From NCBI GenBank assembly GCA_017474125.1, contig JAFVIF010000076.1, forward strand, positions 9,739-73,738: 64,000 nt of DNA, in the 5' to 3' direction. A model generated the notes under the pieces. It was not told the origin of the DNA. It was given only the letters and a program-made list of their open reading frames with translations, and searched no databases. The stretch comes from Clostridia bacterium. Its GTDB lineage: Bacteria; Bacillota; Clostridia; Oscillospirales; Acutalibacteraceae. A program made the translations under genes and the position numbers. Shown in pieces: positions 27,652-36,201 of the stretch; the stretch's first letter is position 1; each line of letters starts with the position of its first letter.

Positions 27652-28071
27652 ATGTTTAATCTTGTTGTTCTCACCGGTAGACTTACTGCCGATCCCGAAC
27701 TCAAAACCACACCCAGCGGTGTATCTGTAACCACCTTCTCTATCGCGGTTTCCCGTCGCTATAAGGCAGGAGAAGAAACCCAGGCCGATTTTATTAACAT
27801 CGTTGCTTGGAGACAGACCGCAGAATTCATTACCAAATACTTTAAAAGAGGCAGCATGATTGGTATCGAAGGTTCTATTCAAACCCGTCGTTACGTTGAT
27901 AAGGACGGCAAGAACCGTACCGTATTTGAGGTTATTGCAAATAACGCTCAGTTTGTAGAGTCCAAGCGCGATTCTGCCCCCGGAAGCGAAGCTCCTGCTT
28001 CCTTCTCTAACGCTTCGGCAAATGAATTTACCGAGGTTGCCGGTGAATCCGACGAAGATTTACCGTTCTAA
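27652..28071 (+). CDS. ssb: Single-stranded DNA-binding protein
   Basis: OB fold MFNLVVLTGRLTADPELKTTPSGVSVTTFSIAV and the acidic tail DEDLPF. Confidence 0.9.
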   Translation: MFNLVVLTGRLTADPELKTTPSGVSVTTFSIAVSRRYKAGEETQADFINIVAWRQTAEFITKYFKRGSMIGIEGSIQTRRYVDKDGKNRTVFEVIANNAQFVESKRDSAPGSEAPASFSNASANEFTEVAGESDEDLPF

Positions 28072-28122
28072 TTTAAGCTGTGACCATCGGTCACCCTACA
28101 AAAAATTCAGGAGGTCTTTATA

Positions 28123-28362
28123 ATGGAAAAGATGGAAAGACCTGCACATAGAAAAGTTCGTAAAAAGATTTGTCATTTCTGTGCAGACCGCGTAGAAGAA
28201 ATTGATTACAAGGATATTGCTCGTCTTCGTAAGTTCATTTCCGAGCGCGCTAAAATTCTTCCCCGCCGTGCAACCGGTACCTGTGCTGCTCATCAGCGCA
28301 AGTTAACCATCGCAATTAAGCGTGCACGTCAGATTGCTATTCTTCCTTACGTTAACGACTAA
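28123..28362 (+). CDS. rpsR: 30S ribosomal protein S18
   Basis: [48 protein letters not shown] is the canonical S18 sequence. Confidence 0.9.
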   Translation: MEKMERPAHRKVRKKICHFCADRVEEIDYKDIARLRKFISERAKILPRRATGTCAAHQRKLTIAIKRARQIAILPYVND

Positions 28363-28382
28363 GAAGAAATATGTTATAAGTC

Positions 28383-28420
28383 AAAAAACACTCTGCTTTT
28401 AAGCAGAGTGTTTTTGTTTT
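28383..28420 (+). terminator. Intrinsic terminator of rpsR (copy 1 of a duplicated 33-nt element)
   Basis: AAAAAACACTCTGCTTTTAAGCAGAGTGTTTTT. The identical 33-mer recurs at 32541-32573. Confidence 0.85.
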
Positions 28421-28456
28421 ATTCCGGTTGGCTTTATTTTTTCTACTATTTGTGGA

Positions 28457-28485
28457 TTGCTTAAAAAATGGGTAAATGATATAAT
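28457..28485 (+). promoter_or_regulatory. Sigma-A-like promoter for the 933-aa/GNAT cassette
   Basis: TTGCTT, 17-nt spacer, TGaTATAAT (extended -10). Confidence 0.5.
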
Positions 28486-28534
28486 ATTTTTATAAAAAAG
28501 CGGCTTGAGTTTTTATAATAAAGGGAAATGATTT

Positions 28535-31336
28535 ATGAAAAGTTATATAATTTCTTCAGAAAACGGAAAAAGAAAAGTTTTATTCAACCTTAGTGACGAA
28601 GCGTTTGTTATGACCGTTGTCAATAACGGGGAAGAATATACTTTTAACTTTGCTGACGGTTTTTTTACCGAGCATTACTCTAAGGACTGGGGCGCTAAAA
28701 AGAATTATAATCTTTATAACTTTTATCATAATGCCACTAAAGTTACTGTAAACGATAATACTATTGAGTTTGTCTCAAACCCAAAGTTTATAAAAGAAGA
28801 AAAAGAACTTTCTAATATAACCGTTACCAACAGATTTACTCTTTTGGAAAATCAAGCCTCCGTTATACAGGAAACCTTTTTTGAGGTAGATGATGCCTTT
28901 TATGATTGTTGCCACAGGGTAGCAAGGGCGAAAATCGACCTTTCCTCTTTTGAAACTATAGAAAATGAGAAAGCAGGATTTTGTTTTAATATAAGCGATT
29001 TGGAAAGAAGCAATATCGGTTATCCCGAGGAACTTGTTTTAAGGGGCAAAAACCGATATTTAAAGGTAAACGGCGGTTTGGTAACGGTTACCGGCACTAC
29101 ACTTGAAGCCCATTATTATTCTTTTGATTATGATGATACTCCCTCTTATTATAATTCAAAGAATCCTATATACACCGTATATTCCTTTGAAGAGTGCGAA
29201 ACTCCCGAACTTCCCGTAAAGGAAAAGAGCAGTGTAAACGATAACGATATTTTATATTTAAACAGCGGTATTCTCAGTTTAAAGATTAAAAAAAGCGAAA
29301 GAGGAATCGCTTTTATTAACAACGGCAACGAAATGCCCGTCACCGCATTAGCCTTTAAAAATTTAAAAACAAACGAAACACTATACGCCGATACTTTAAG
29401 GGACTTTGAAAAGGTACAAATAAATAAAAACGGAAATTGTACTGAATTTTTACTTTTTAATCCAAGGGGAATTACTGACGTTTGTCTTAAAATAAAAGCG
29501 CAGGCCATAGAGGATAAAAACCGTTTTGAATGGGAAGTAGAAGTTATTAACAACAGTGAAGATTATTCTCTTTTCTGGTGCAACTATCCTCGATTGTACG
29601 TTGAATGCGGCAAAAATTACAATTTATTTATGCCCGAAAACGGTGGTACTGAATTTTGCGGTTTTTCTAACTCGGATTTGCATTATATTTCTTCCTATCC
29701 GGACGGATTTTACGGCACTATGTCATATATGGCGTTATATTCTAAGGAAATAAGCGAAAATAACGGAATTTATTTTGCTATTCACGATTCTCTCGGCAGC
29801 AGAAAAGAATTTAGTGCCGCAGGAACGCAATCAAACAGTTTAAGGTTTAATTGTCGCTTTTATGCCGAAAACATAGGTGAATCCAAAAATTCCAATCGTT
29901 TGCCCGGTAAGGCAATTTTCCAAATCTTTACGGGAGATTGGTTCGATGCCACTGAGCTTTACAGTGAATTTGTTCGTAATGAATGTTATTGGACAAAACG
30001 TAATATCAAAGACAAAAACACACCTCTTTGGATGCAGGATATCCCGTTTTGGATTATGGATTGGGTACCCTATGATAACGACGAAAAAGTACCGACCAAA
30101 TTGCGTACCGATAGTGACGTTATAGGTCCAAACGATTGGTACGAAAAGGCTATAAGACTTCAAAAGGAATTTGGTGTGCCTATCGGATATCACGTTTATA
30201 ATTGGCATAAAATTCCTTTTAATAATGATTATCCTCATTTTATGCCCGCTAAAGAAAAATTTATAAACGGACTTAAAGAATTAAAGAAGTCTGATATCAG
30301 AGTTATGCCGTATATTAACGTGCTTTTGTGGGATACAAAGGATAAAGAAAACGAAGACTTTGAATTTGAAACACTTGGTAAGCCGGGTGCGGTGAAAAAA
30401 GAAGACGGAACACCGCAAACCTTTAGTTTTGAGTCAAAGGAAAAGGATGGTAATCCTGTTGAGTTGGCGGCAATGTGTCCGTCAAGTAAAATTTGGCGCG
30501 AAAAACTAACGAAACTTATCACCGAAATGTTTAATGAGCTGGATATAGACGCTATTTATTTAGACCAGTTGGCTGCAAGAGTACCGCTTCTTTGTATGGA
30601 TAAAACCCATAATCACCCTGCGGGAGGCGGCTCGTGGTGGGCAAAGGAATATAATGATTTGGCCGCCGAGCTCAACGCGCATAAGCCGAAGGACAAAGCC
30701 TTTACAACCGAATGTAATGCCGAAGTTTATGCGGGTCAAATAGATGGATTTTTGTCTTGGACCTGGATGAGAAGCACCAATGAAGTTCCTGCATTTATGC
30801 GCATTTATTACGATATTATTAAAGTGTTTGGCAGAAACACGGGCGGCGCTACGAAACATTGTCATATGCAGTGGAAATATAATTTGGCGCAAAGTCTTTT
30901 GTGCGGTCAGCAAATGGGCTGGGTAAATGCCGACCTTGTTGATATGCCCGACAGACTTGAGTTCACTAAAAAGTTAGTACGTTTCCGTTATGAGAATCGT
31001 GAGTTTTTCCGTAATGCAAGGGTTATGCGTCCACCAACCGTTTTAGCCGATAAATCCCATCGTTTTTACAGCGATATAGCTATGCGACACGTAGGTGTTT
31101 TGATTCAGCCGTATATATGTGTGGGTGCTTTGCAAAACGGCAATAAAAATATGATAATTTTGGTTAATACAGGCAAGGAAAAAATGACCGATGTCGTTAC
31201 CTTTAATTCGGCGGAATACACCATAGCGGACAACCGTAGAGTATATGGCGACGGAAGTATAAAAATGCTGAATAGCGGTAGTTTTGAATGTACAATTGAC
31301 GGAGAAAGTTATATTTGCATTGAATGGAATAGCTGA
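28535..31336 (+). CDS. Large cytoplasmic protein of unknown function (933 aa); the C-terminal half looks like a glycoside-hydrolase-type barrel
   Basis: Uninterrupted 933-codon ORF with no signal peptide. The segment HVYNWHKIPFNNDYPHFMP...MPYINVLLWD...DAIYLDQLA...FTTECNAE resembles GH-like TIM-barrel strand ends. The family was not recognised by eye. Confidence 0.6.
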   Translation: MKSYIISSENGKRKVLFNLSDEAFVMTVVNNGEEYTFNFADGFFTEHYSKDWGAKKNYNLYNFYHNATKVTVNDNTIEFVSNPKFIKEEKELSNITVTNRFTLLENQASVIQETFFEVDDAFYDCCHRVARAKIDLSSFETIENEKAGFCFNISDLERSNIGYPEELVLRGKNRYLKVNGGLVTVTGTTLEAHYYSFDYDDTPSYYNSKNPIYTVYSFEECETPELPVKEKSSVNDNDILYLNSGILSLKIKKSERGIAFINNGNEMPVTALAFKNLKTNETLYADTLRDFEKVQINKNGNCTEFLLFNPRGITDVCLKIKAQAIEDKNRFEWEVEVINNSEDYSLFWCNYPRLYVECGKNYNLFMPENGGTEFCGFSNSDLHYISSYPDGFYGTMSYMALYSKEISENNGIYFAIHDSLGSRKEFSAAGTQSNSLRFNCRFYAENIGESKNSNRLPGKAIFQIFTGDWFDATELYSEFVRNECYWTKRNIKDKNTPLWMQDIPFWIMDWVPYDNDEKVPTKLRTDSDVIGPNDWYEKAIRLQKEFGVPIGYHVYNWHKIPFNNDYPHFMPAKEKFINGLKELKKSDIRVMPYINVLLWDTKDKENEDFEFETLGKPGAVKKEDGTPQTFSFESKEKDGNPVELAAMCPSSKIWREKLTKLITEMFNELDIDAIYLDQLAARVPLLCMDKTHNHPAGGGSWWAKEYNDLAAELNAHKPKDKAFTTECNAEVYAGQIDGFLSWTWMRSTNEVPAFMRIYYDIIKVFGRNTGGATKHCHMQWKYNLAQSLLCGQQMGWVNADLVDMPDRLEFTKKLVRFRYENREFFRNARVMRPPTVLADKSHRFYSDIAMRHVGVLIQPYICVGALQNGNKNMIILVNTGKEKMTDVVTFNSAEYTIADNRRVYGDGSIKMLNSGSFECTIDGESYICIEWNS

Positions 31337-31354
31337 TATTAAGGAGTTATAATT

Positions 31355-32500
31355 ATGAAACCTGAACTGGTAAGACTAAAAAAAGAAGATTTTAAGGAAG
31401 TAGTTAATCTGCTTAATTTTGTTTTTACTGTTCAAAATGGCGCGAAAACGGATTTTGAAAGTCTTTTCCCTCGTATCTTTATCGAAAGCGAAGAAACTAT
31501 GGGTTGGCACGTAGGCGCTAAAATTGACGGAAAACTTTGCGGAATAGCGGCGAGTTACCCGCTTACTTATCGTGTGGGTGGAGTTGACTTAAAGGTTAGC
31601 GCAGGCGGAAACGTGGCTGTAGATTCCAATTTCCGCGGCCAAGGAGTTATGCAAAGCATTTTAAACGAAATTGATAAACAAGACCGAGAAAACGGTTTTG
31701 ACATAAGCTATTTGCACGGTGACAGATTCCGTTACCGCAATTTTGGATATGAACGTTGCGGTATAGAGTGTTCCTTTACCATACTCCGACAAATGGTAGG
31801 CAAAGATTTGCCGAAGCGAAAGATAAGATTTTTGGATTTGCGCTCTCAAAACGAGGCTCTCGTAAAAGACGTTTACAAATTATATAACCAACAGTCGGTG
31901 CTTATTTTCCGTGATTATGATTCTTTTATGTTGTCGCTGACTGCAAAAGGTATGGTGCCGTTTGCCGTGTTAACGGAGGAAGAAAAACTTGTTGGTTACT
32001 TCTGCATTGGTATGAATAATTTTAGCATAAGTGAAATTTTTATAAAAGATACTACGATGTTTAAAGAAATAATTAAAAACTTTATGCAACAGTTTAACAC
32101 CGGCAGAGTAACACTTAGCCTTCCTTATTACGACCCCCTTACCGAACAGGCTTTTTTATATTCCGACCGTTGCAGTATTGTTCAACCTGCCAACTTTAAA
32201 ATTTATAATTTTAAGCGCGTGGTAGAAAGTTTTATGAAAGAAAAAATGCTTCACGAAACGTTACCTGACGGCTGTATCACCTTAGATAGCGAAATTTTTG
32301 GTAAATGGAGTATTAAAAAAATCGGCGAAAAGGTGCAGGTAGAAGAATATAGCGGTCAGGCAGAATACGTGTTACCTGAGTTTACCGTGTATCATTTTCT
32401 TTTTGGTTCGTTAACCTTTAAGGAATACCTGAAAGGCGATAAGGCAAACGTAGTGAAAGCTTGGTTCCCTCTACCGTTATATTGTCCCTATTTAACGTAA
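31355..32500 (+). CDS. Eis-like GNAT family N-acetyltransferase (GNAT plus C-terminal SCP2-like region)
   Basis: Acetyl-CoA motif VAVDSNFRGQGVMQSILNEI, followed by YLHGDRFRYRNFGYERCG. The ~380-aa length is typical of Eis-like enzymes. Starts 18 nt after the upstream stop. Confidence 0.75.
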   Translation: MKPELVRLKKEDFKEVVNLLNFVFTVQNGAKTDFESLFPRIFIESEETMGWHVGAKIDGKLCGIAASYPLTYRVGGVDLKVSAGGNVAVDSNFRGQGVMQSILNEIDKQDRENGFDISYLHGDRFRYRNFGYERCGIECSFTILRQMVGKDLPKRKIRFLDLRSQNEALVKDVYKLYNQQSVLIFRDYDSFMLSLTAKGMVPFAVLTEEEKLVGYFCIGMNNFSISEIFIKDTTMFKEIIKNFMQQFNTGRVTLSLPYYDPLTEQAFLYSDRCSIVQPANFKIYNFKRVVESFMKEKMLHETLPDGCITLDSEIFGKWSIKKIGEKVQVEEYSGQAEYVLPEFTVYHFLFGSLTFKEYLKGDKANVVKAWFPLPLYCPYLT

Positions 32501-32540
32501 GCAAAATTTGCTACGATACAATTTAATCTAACGTATAAAT

Positions 32541-32577
32541 AAAAAACACTCTGCTTTTAAGCAGAGTGTTTTTTTGC
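32541..32577. terminator. Intrinsic terminator (copy 2 of the duplicated 33-nt element)
   Basis: Identical to 28383-28415. It sits between the convergent GNAT and GH3 genes. Confidence 0.85.
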
Positions 32578-32605
32578 GGTAAAAATCGGTCTCACAGATA
32601 TCCGT

Positions 32606-34171
32606 TTATTTTAATTTTACGTCGTAGGTAAGGGTTCCCTTTGCAGTATAAAGACCGGCAAGAATGTCAATGGCTCCATAAACGCTTTCATCACACAAGC
32701 CACCGAGAAGAACTCTGGGAATATGAGGAAGCACACCAAGAACACAGGGATTACCGAAATGTATAAGCGCAGAAACTCTGTCGGTGAACTGCAGTGCGTT
32801 AACAAGGCTTATAACACGGGAGGTAATAGCCTCGGCACCTGCGTATGCAATAAACTCCGAGAAGGTAAGGAAAATTACATCGTCGCAATCTATTGAAGCC
32901 TGAAAAATTTCATAGTTTTGCATACCTGTAGGGAATTCGTGGAAGGTTTTTACTTTGGAATTGGGGAAGACTTCTAATATTTTTTGAGTAACCTTATCGG
33001 GGAAAAGCCAACCGTTAGTAAAGGTATCAACGTCGGGCTTGGTTAAATCTGCTTCGTTTCTTACCATAATGGCAAAAAGGTGTTTGCCGTCTCTTGAAAG
33101 TGTAGGACTGATACCTTGGTCTGTTCTTTGGTAAATTCCTGCTTTGGGAATTTCTTTACAAAGGGCAATTTCTTCGTCGGTCAAAGACTTACATCTATTT
33201 TTATCCAGTTCCATTACCTTATGCTGAGCGGCAAGAACACGCTTAACACAAGCATCGAGCTGCTCGTCGGTAATAACGCCCTTTTCATATGCGGTTTTAA
33301 TTGCTTCACTCTCGAAAACGGGATTGTGAGTAAAAGGTAAAGGCAAATCGTTACCGGCGGCAATGGCAAGACCCAGACTTTCTGCATCGCCAAAGTTTGC
33401 ACGGATACCCATCATATTAAGTGCATCGGTTATGCAAAAGCCCTCAAAGCCTTGGTTTCTGAATACGTCAATAACCTTTTTAGAAAGACTTGCAGGATAT
33501 TTATCGTCGATGTTAGTAAGTCTTATATGGGAGGTCATAACGCCGTCAAGTACGCCCTGCTTCATCATATAAACGTATGCAAAAAGACCGTCGTCAAGTA
33601 GCTGTTCTGCAGTTTGACTTGATACGCTTTCTGCCATGTGAGAGTCTATACTGCGGTCATCTCTTGCACTGGGGTAATGCTTACCAACGGTTAAAACGCC
33701 TGCATCGTGCATACCCTTTGCTTCGGCAGTACCCATTTTTGCTATTACATGTTTATCACAACCAAAGCTACGGGCACCTCCTTTATCGGAAATATCCAAA
33801 ACGGGATTGCATACCACGTTATAGCCTAATTCCTTAGCGGTAAAGCCTACGGTTTTACCGAAAGCATAAGCATATTTTTCATCTCCGGTACAGCTTATGG
33901 GATTGTGACGGCCTATTTTATATTCACCAATTCCGTTTTCGGCATCGGTTATTATAAGGATAGGATAATCGGCGGTTTCCACAACACGCTTCAAATATTC
34001 TTCCCATTTCCATGCACCCCACTGAATCCATACGGCACCGACTGCACGGGCTTTGATACGGTCAAAAATAAATTCTATATCCTCTTCTTTTATACCGCCG
34101 TTTACCTTTATGGTATGAACTAAACCTAATTTTTGGTCAAGGGTCAGCTCTTCAAATTTAAGCTCTTTCAT
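32606..34171 (-). CDS. Glycoside hydrolase family 3 protein (NagZ-like beta-N-acetylhexosaminidase / beta-glucosidase type)
   Basis: GKHYPS...DSHM and ITDALNMMGI correspond to the GH3 motifs KHFPG..DSH and SD.l.M. Start set at ATG 34171 (GGAG RBS) rather than TTG 34195. Confidence 0.75.
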   Translation of the reverse strand: MKELKFEELTLDQKLGLVHTIKVNGGIKEEDIEFIFDRIKARAVGAVWIQWGAWKWEEYLKRVVETADYPILIITDAENGIGEYKIGRHNPISCTGDEKYAYAFGKTVGFTAKELGYNVVCNPVLDISDKGGARSFGCDKHVIAKMGTAEAKGMHDAGVLTVGKHYPSARDDRSIDSHMAESVSSQTAEQLLDDGLFAYVYMMKQGVLDGVMTSHIRLTNIDDKYPASLSKKVIDVFRNQGFEGFCITDALNMMGIRANFGDAESLGLAIAAGNDLPLPFTHNPVFESEAIKTAYEKGVITDEQLDACVKRVLAAQHKVMELDKNRCKSLTDEEIALCKEIPKAGIYQRTDQGISPTLSRDGKHLFAIMVRNEADLTKPDVDTFTNGWLFPDKVTQKILEVFPNSKVKTFHEFPTGMQNYEIFQASIDCDDVIFLTFSEFIAYAGAEAITSRVISLVNALQFTDRVSALIHFGNPCVLGVLPHIPRVLLGGLCDESVYGAIDILAGLYTAKGTLTYDVKLK

Positions 34172-34202
34172 TTCAGTTTCTCCTTTTTCTGACAATTATT
34201 AA

Positions 34203-34240
34203 AAAAAACATTGCTGTTTCATAAGGCTTTAAATTTAAGG
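34203..34240 (-). pseudogene. Relic of the 3' end of a paralog of the 677-aa gene (non-functional fragment)
   Basis: The minus strand reads LNLKPYETAMFF, against the C-terminus LNLKPYETAVFLFN* of the gene ending at 36202. About 32 of 36 nt are identical to 36212-36247. Confidence 0.5.
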
Positions 34241-34269
34241 AAACGATTATCGCCGTTCAGTGAAATCAA

Positions 34270-36177
34270 TTACACTCGTTTAGTAAAATACATTTCAAAA
34301 ATAGTTTTGCAATATTGACTCGCATCACATACGGTATCTATCATTTCTTCATTTTCCTTTGCCAAGGCAATAAACTTTTCTTTAAGCAAATCGGCTGTTT
34401 CTTTATCGTCGCTGTAAAGGGCAATATAAGCGTCGCTTAGAATATCGGTAAGCTCTACGTGAAGCATAAGATACGACCACTCGTCTGACTTATCTTTACA
34501 GCGTTCCATATATTCTTCCTTAAAAGCTTTTATAACCTCTTTTGCTTTTTTATAACCCATAATATAATCTTCTGCTGTAACAAGCTTGGTTCTGTCTTTA
34601 GGATTAAAAAGATTAGAAATCTCCCTTAAATAATTGCTTACTGCCTCTGACTCATCACCGAAAGCGGCAGAGAAATATTCATCCTTTACTTCTTCAAAGC
34701 TACCGTTTTTATCCCAAAGCCCCGAAGCCATGGCATACTGTGACAAGCCCGTTGGAAAAGCAGAGCGAAGACGCTGACAGCTCATCATACCGTTAAGACC
34801 CAATTTATGAAGTGAAATCATATCCCTATATAAAAATTCTGCCACGTTAAAGCCTGCGGGGTCTTTATGATGATTCCACATTAAATGGTAATCGAAATCA
34901 AAAGCATCTTTACCGTCGAAAATTTTGCGCCATTCTAAAAGATACGCAACGTTTGGAGCATCACCGCAACGCAAAAATTCTTTATTACGTTGATATTCGG
35001 GAAGCTCGGGAAGATTTTCCAAATCAATATCTGCATAACTATCCTTATACCAACGGTTTATAGGCGCAAACATTAAAGCAAATCTATCGGGATTTTTAAT
35101 GCGTTCTTTAATGGGCGGAAACAACAAATCCACGTATATAAGGAAAACTATTTTTGTATTAACACCTGCTTTTGTCATTTTTTCATCTAACAAATTAAGC
35201 ATATCTACGTAATAATCCGACGGTCTTTTTTTAACACATTCTTCACATTCGCAGTGGTTCATAGCGTCATCTGCCAACCAAAAATGAAGATAATCCACAT
35301 TAGGATTATTTGCGCAATATTCCGTAATACAATCGGTTATTTTGTTTTGCACGTAAGGGTTAGAATAACAAAGATTAGTATTTTTCGGTTTTCCGCCGTT
35401 GAATTCCCGTTTGCCATTACGCAAAGCAAGAATTTTTTGAACATTTTCGTCTATTTCACCCTCGTATTCATCCCAACCCGAATCATCAAAACCAAAGGGC
35501 TTACAGTTCCAACCGTGACCTACCGCATGGTAAACCAAATCTCTTTTATAAACTTCCTCAAGCAATGATGCAACTATTGCATCTATATCATCATTAGAAA
35601 GTTCATTTCCGAAATCGCGATCGTTAGGATCGTTATAAAACCTTTCATAATACGCTCTGAAGAAAACTCCGGGGGTAAAAAACTGGGTAAAAAATGAGTT
35701 CATTCCCACCTTGGGCAGCCAGTCTATAGTATTATAAACGTGCTCACAGCTTACCGCACCCTCAATACAAATACCTCTGTGCTTATAGCTTGCCGTTTCT
35801 TTAACCTCTGCCTTTAAATCGGCATAGTCAAGTTTTCTCTCAGGAATTTTTTCGCCGTTTTTGCCGGGATATAAATAGCGACAGCCCATTTCCTTCATAA
35901 AGCGGTACGCCGCCATAAGTACGCTTCTTTCATTAGAGCCGCTTATAATACCTGCTCCGTTTTCTACGCTTATATAAATACTGTCCTCGTCACTATTTGC
36001 CTTAACAGAGCCGTCAAGCCCTACCCATAAAGCGTTTTTTACCGAGTTATTCTTTTCTTCGTATTTTCTTATGTCCAGGGTAACGGAGTTATCCATAGCC
36101 TTAATAAGGCGCACAAGCTCCTTTACGGCAAATTTTACCGTTTTATCATTACCTATTTGTGCTAATATAAGTCTCAT
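34270..36177 (-). CDS. DUF4838-like putative glycoside hydrolase (635 aa) with an HCECEEC motif
   Basis: GAGGGA RBS and no signal peptide. The N-terminal pattern and the C-x-C-x-x-C motif (35236-35253) recall DUF4838/GH20-like proteins. This assignment is from memory only. Confidence 0.5.
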   Translation of the reverse strand: MRLILAQIGNDKTVKFAVKELVRLIKAMDNSVTLDIRKYEEKNNSVKNALWVGLDGSVKANSDEDSIYISVENGAGIISGSNERSVLMAAYRFMKEMGCRYLYPGKNGEKIPERKLDYADLKAEVKETASYKHRGICIEGAVSCEHVYNTIDWLPKVGMNSFFTQFFTPGVFFRAYYERFYNDPNDRDFGNELSNDDIDAIVASLLEEVYKRDLVYHAVGHGWNCKPFGFDDSGWDEYEGEIDENVQKILALRNGKREFNGGKPKNTNLCYSNPYVQNKITDCITEYCANNPNVDYLHFWLADDAMNHCECEECVKKRPSDYYVDMLNLLDEKMTKAGVNTKIVFLIYVDLLFPPIKERIKNPDRFALMFAPINRWYKDSYADIDLENLPELPEYQRNKEFLRCGDAPNVAYLLEWRKIFDGKDAFDFDYHLMWNHHKDPAGFNVAEFLYRDMISLHKLGLNGMMSCQRLRSAFPTGLSQYAMASGLWDKNGSFEEVKDEYFSAAFGDESEAVSNYLREISNLFNPKDRTKLVTAEDYIMGYKKAKEVIKAFKEEYMERCKDKSDEWSYLMLHVELTDILSDAYIALYSDDKETADLLKEKFIALAKENEEMIDTVCDASQYCKTIFEMYFTKRV

Positions 36178-36201
36178 AAGTATCCCTCTTAAATAAATGC
36201 T

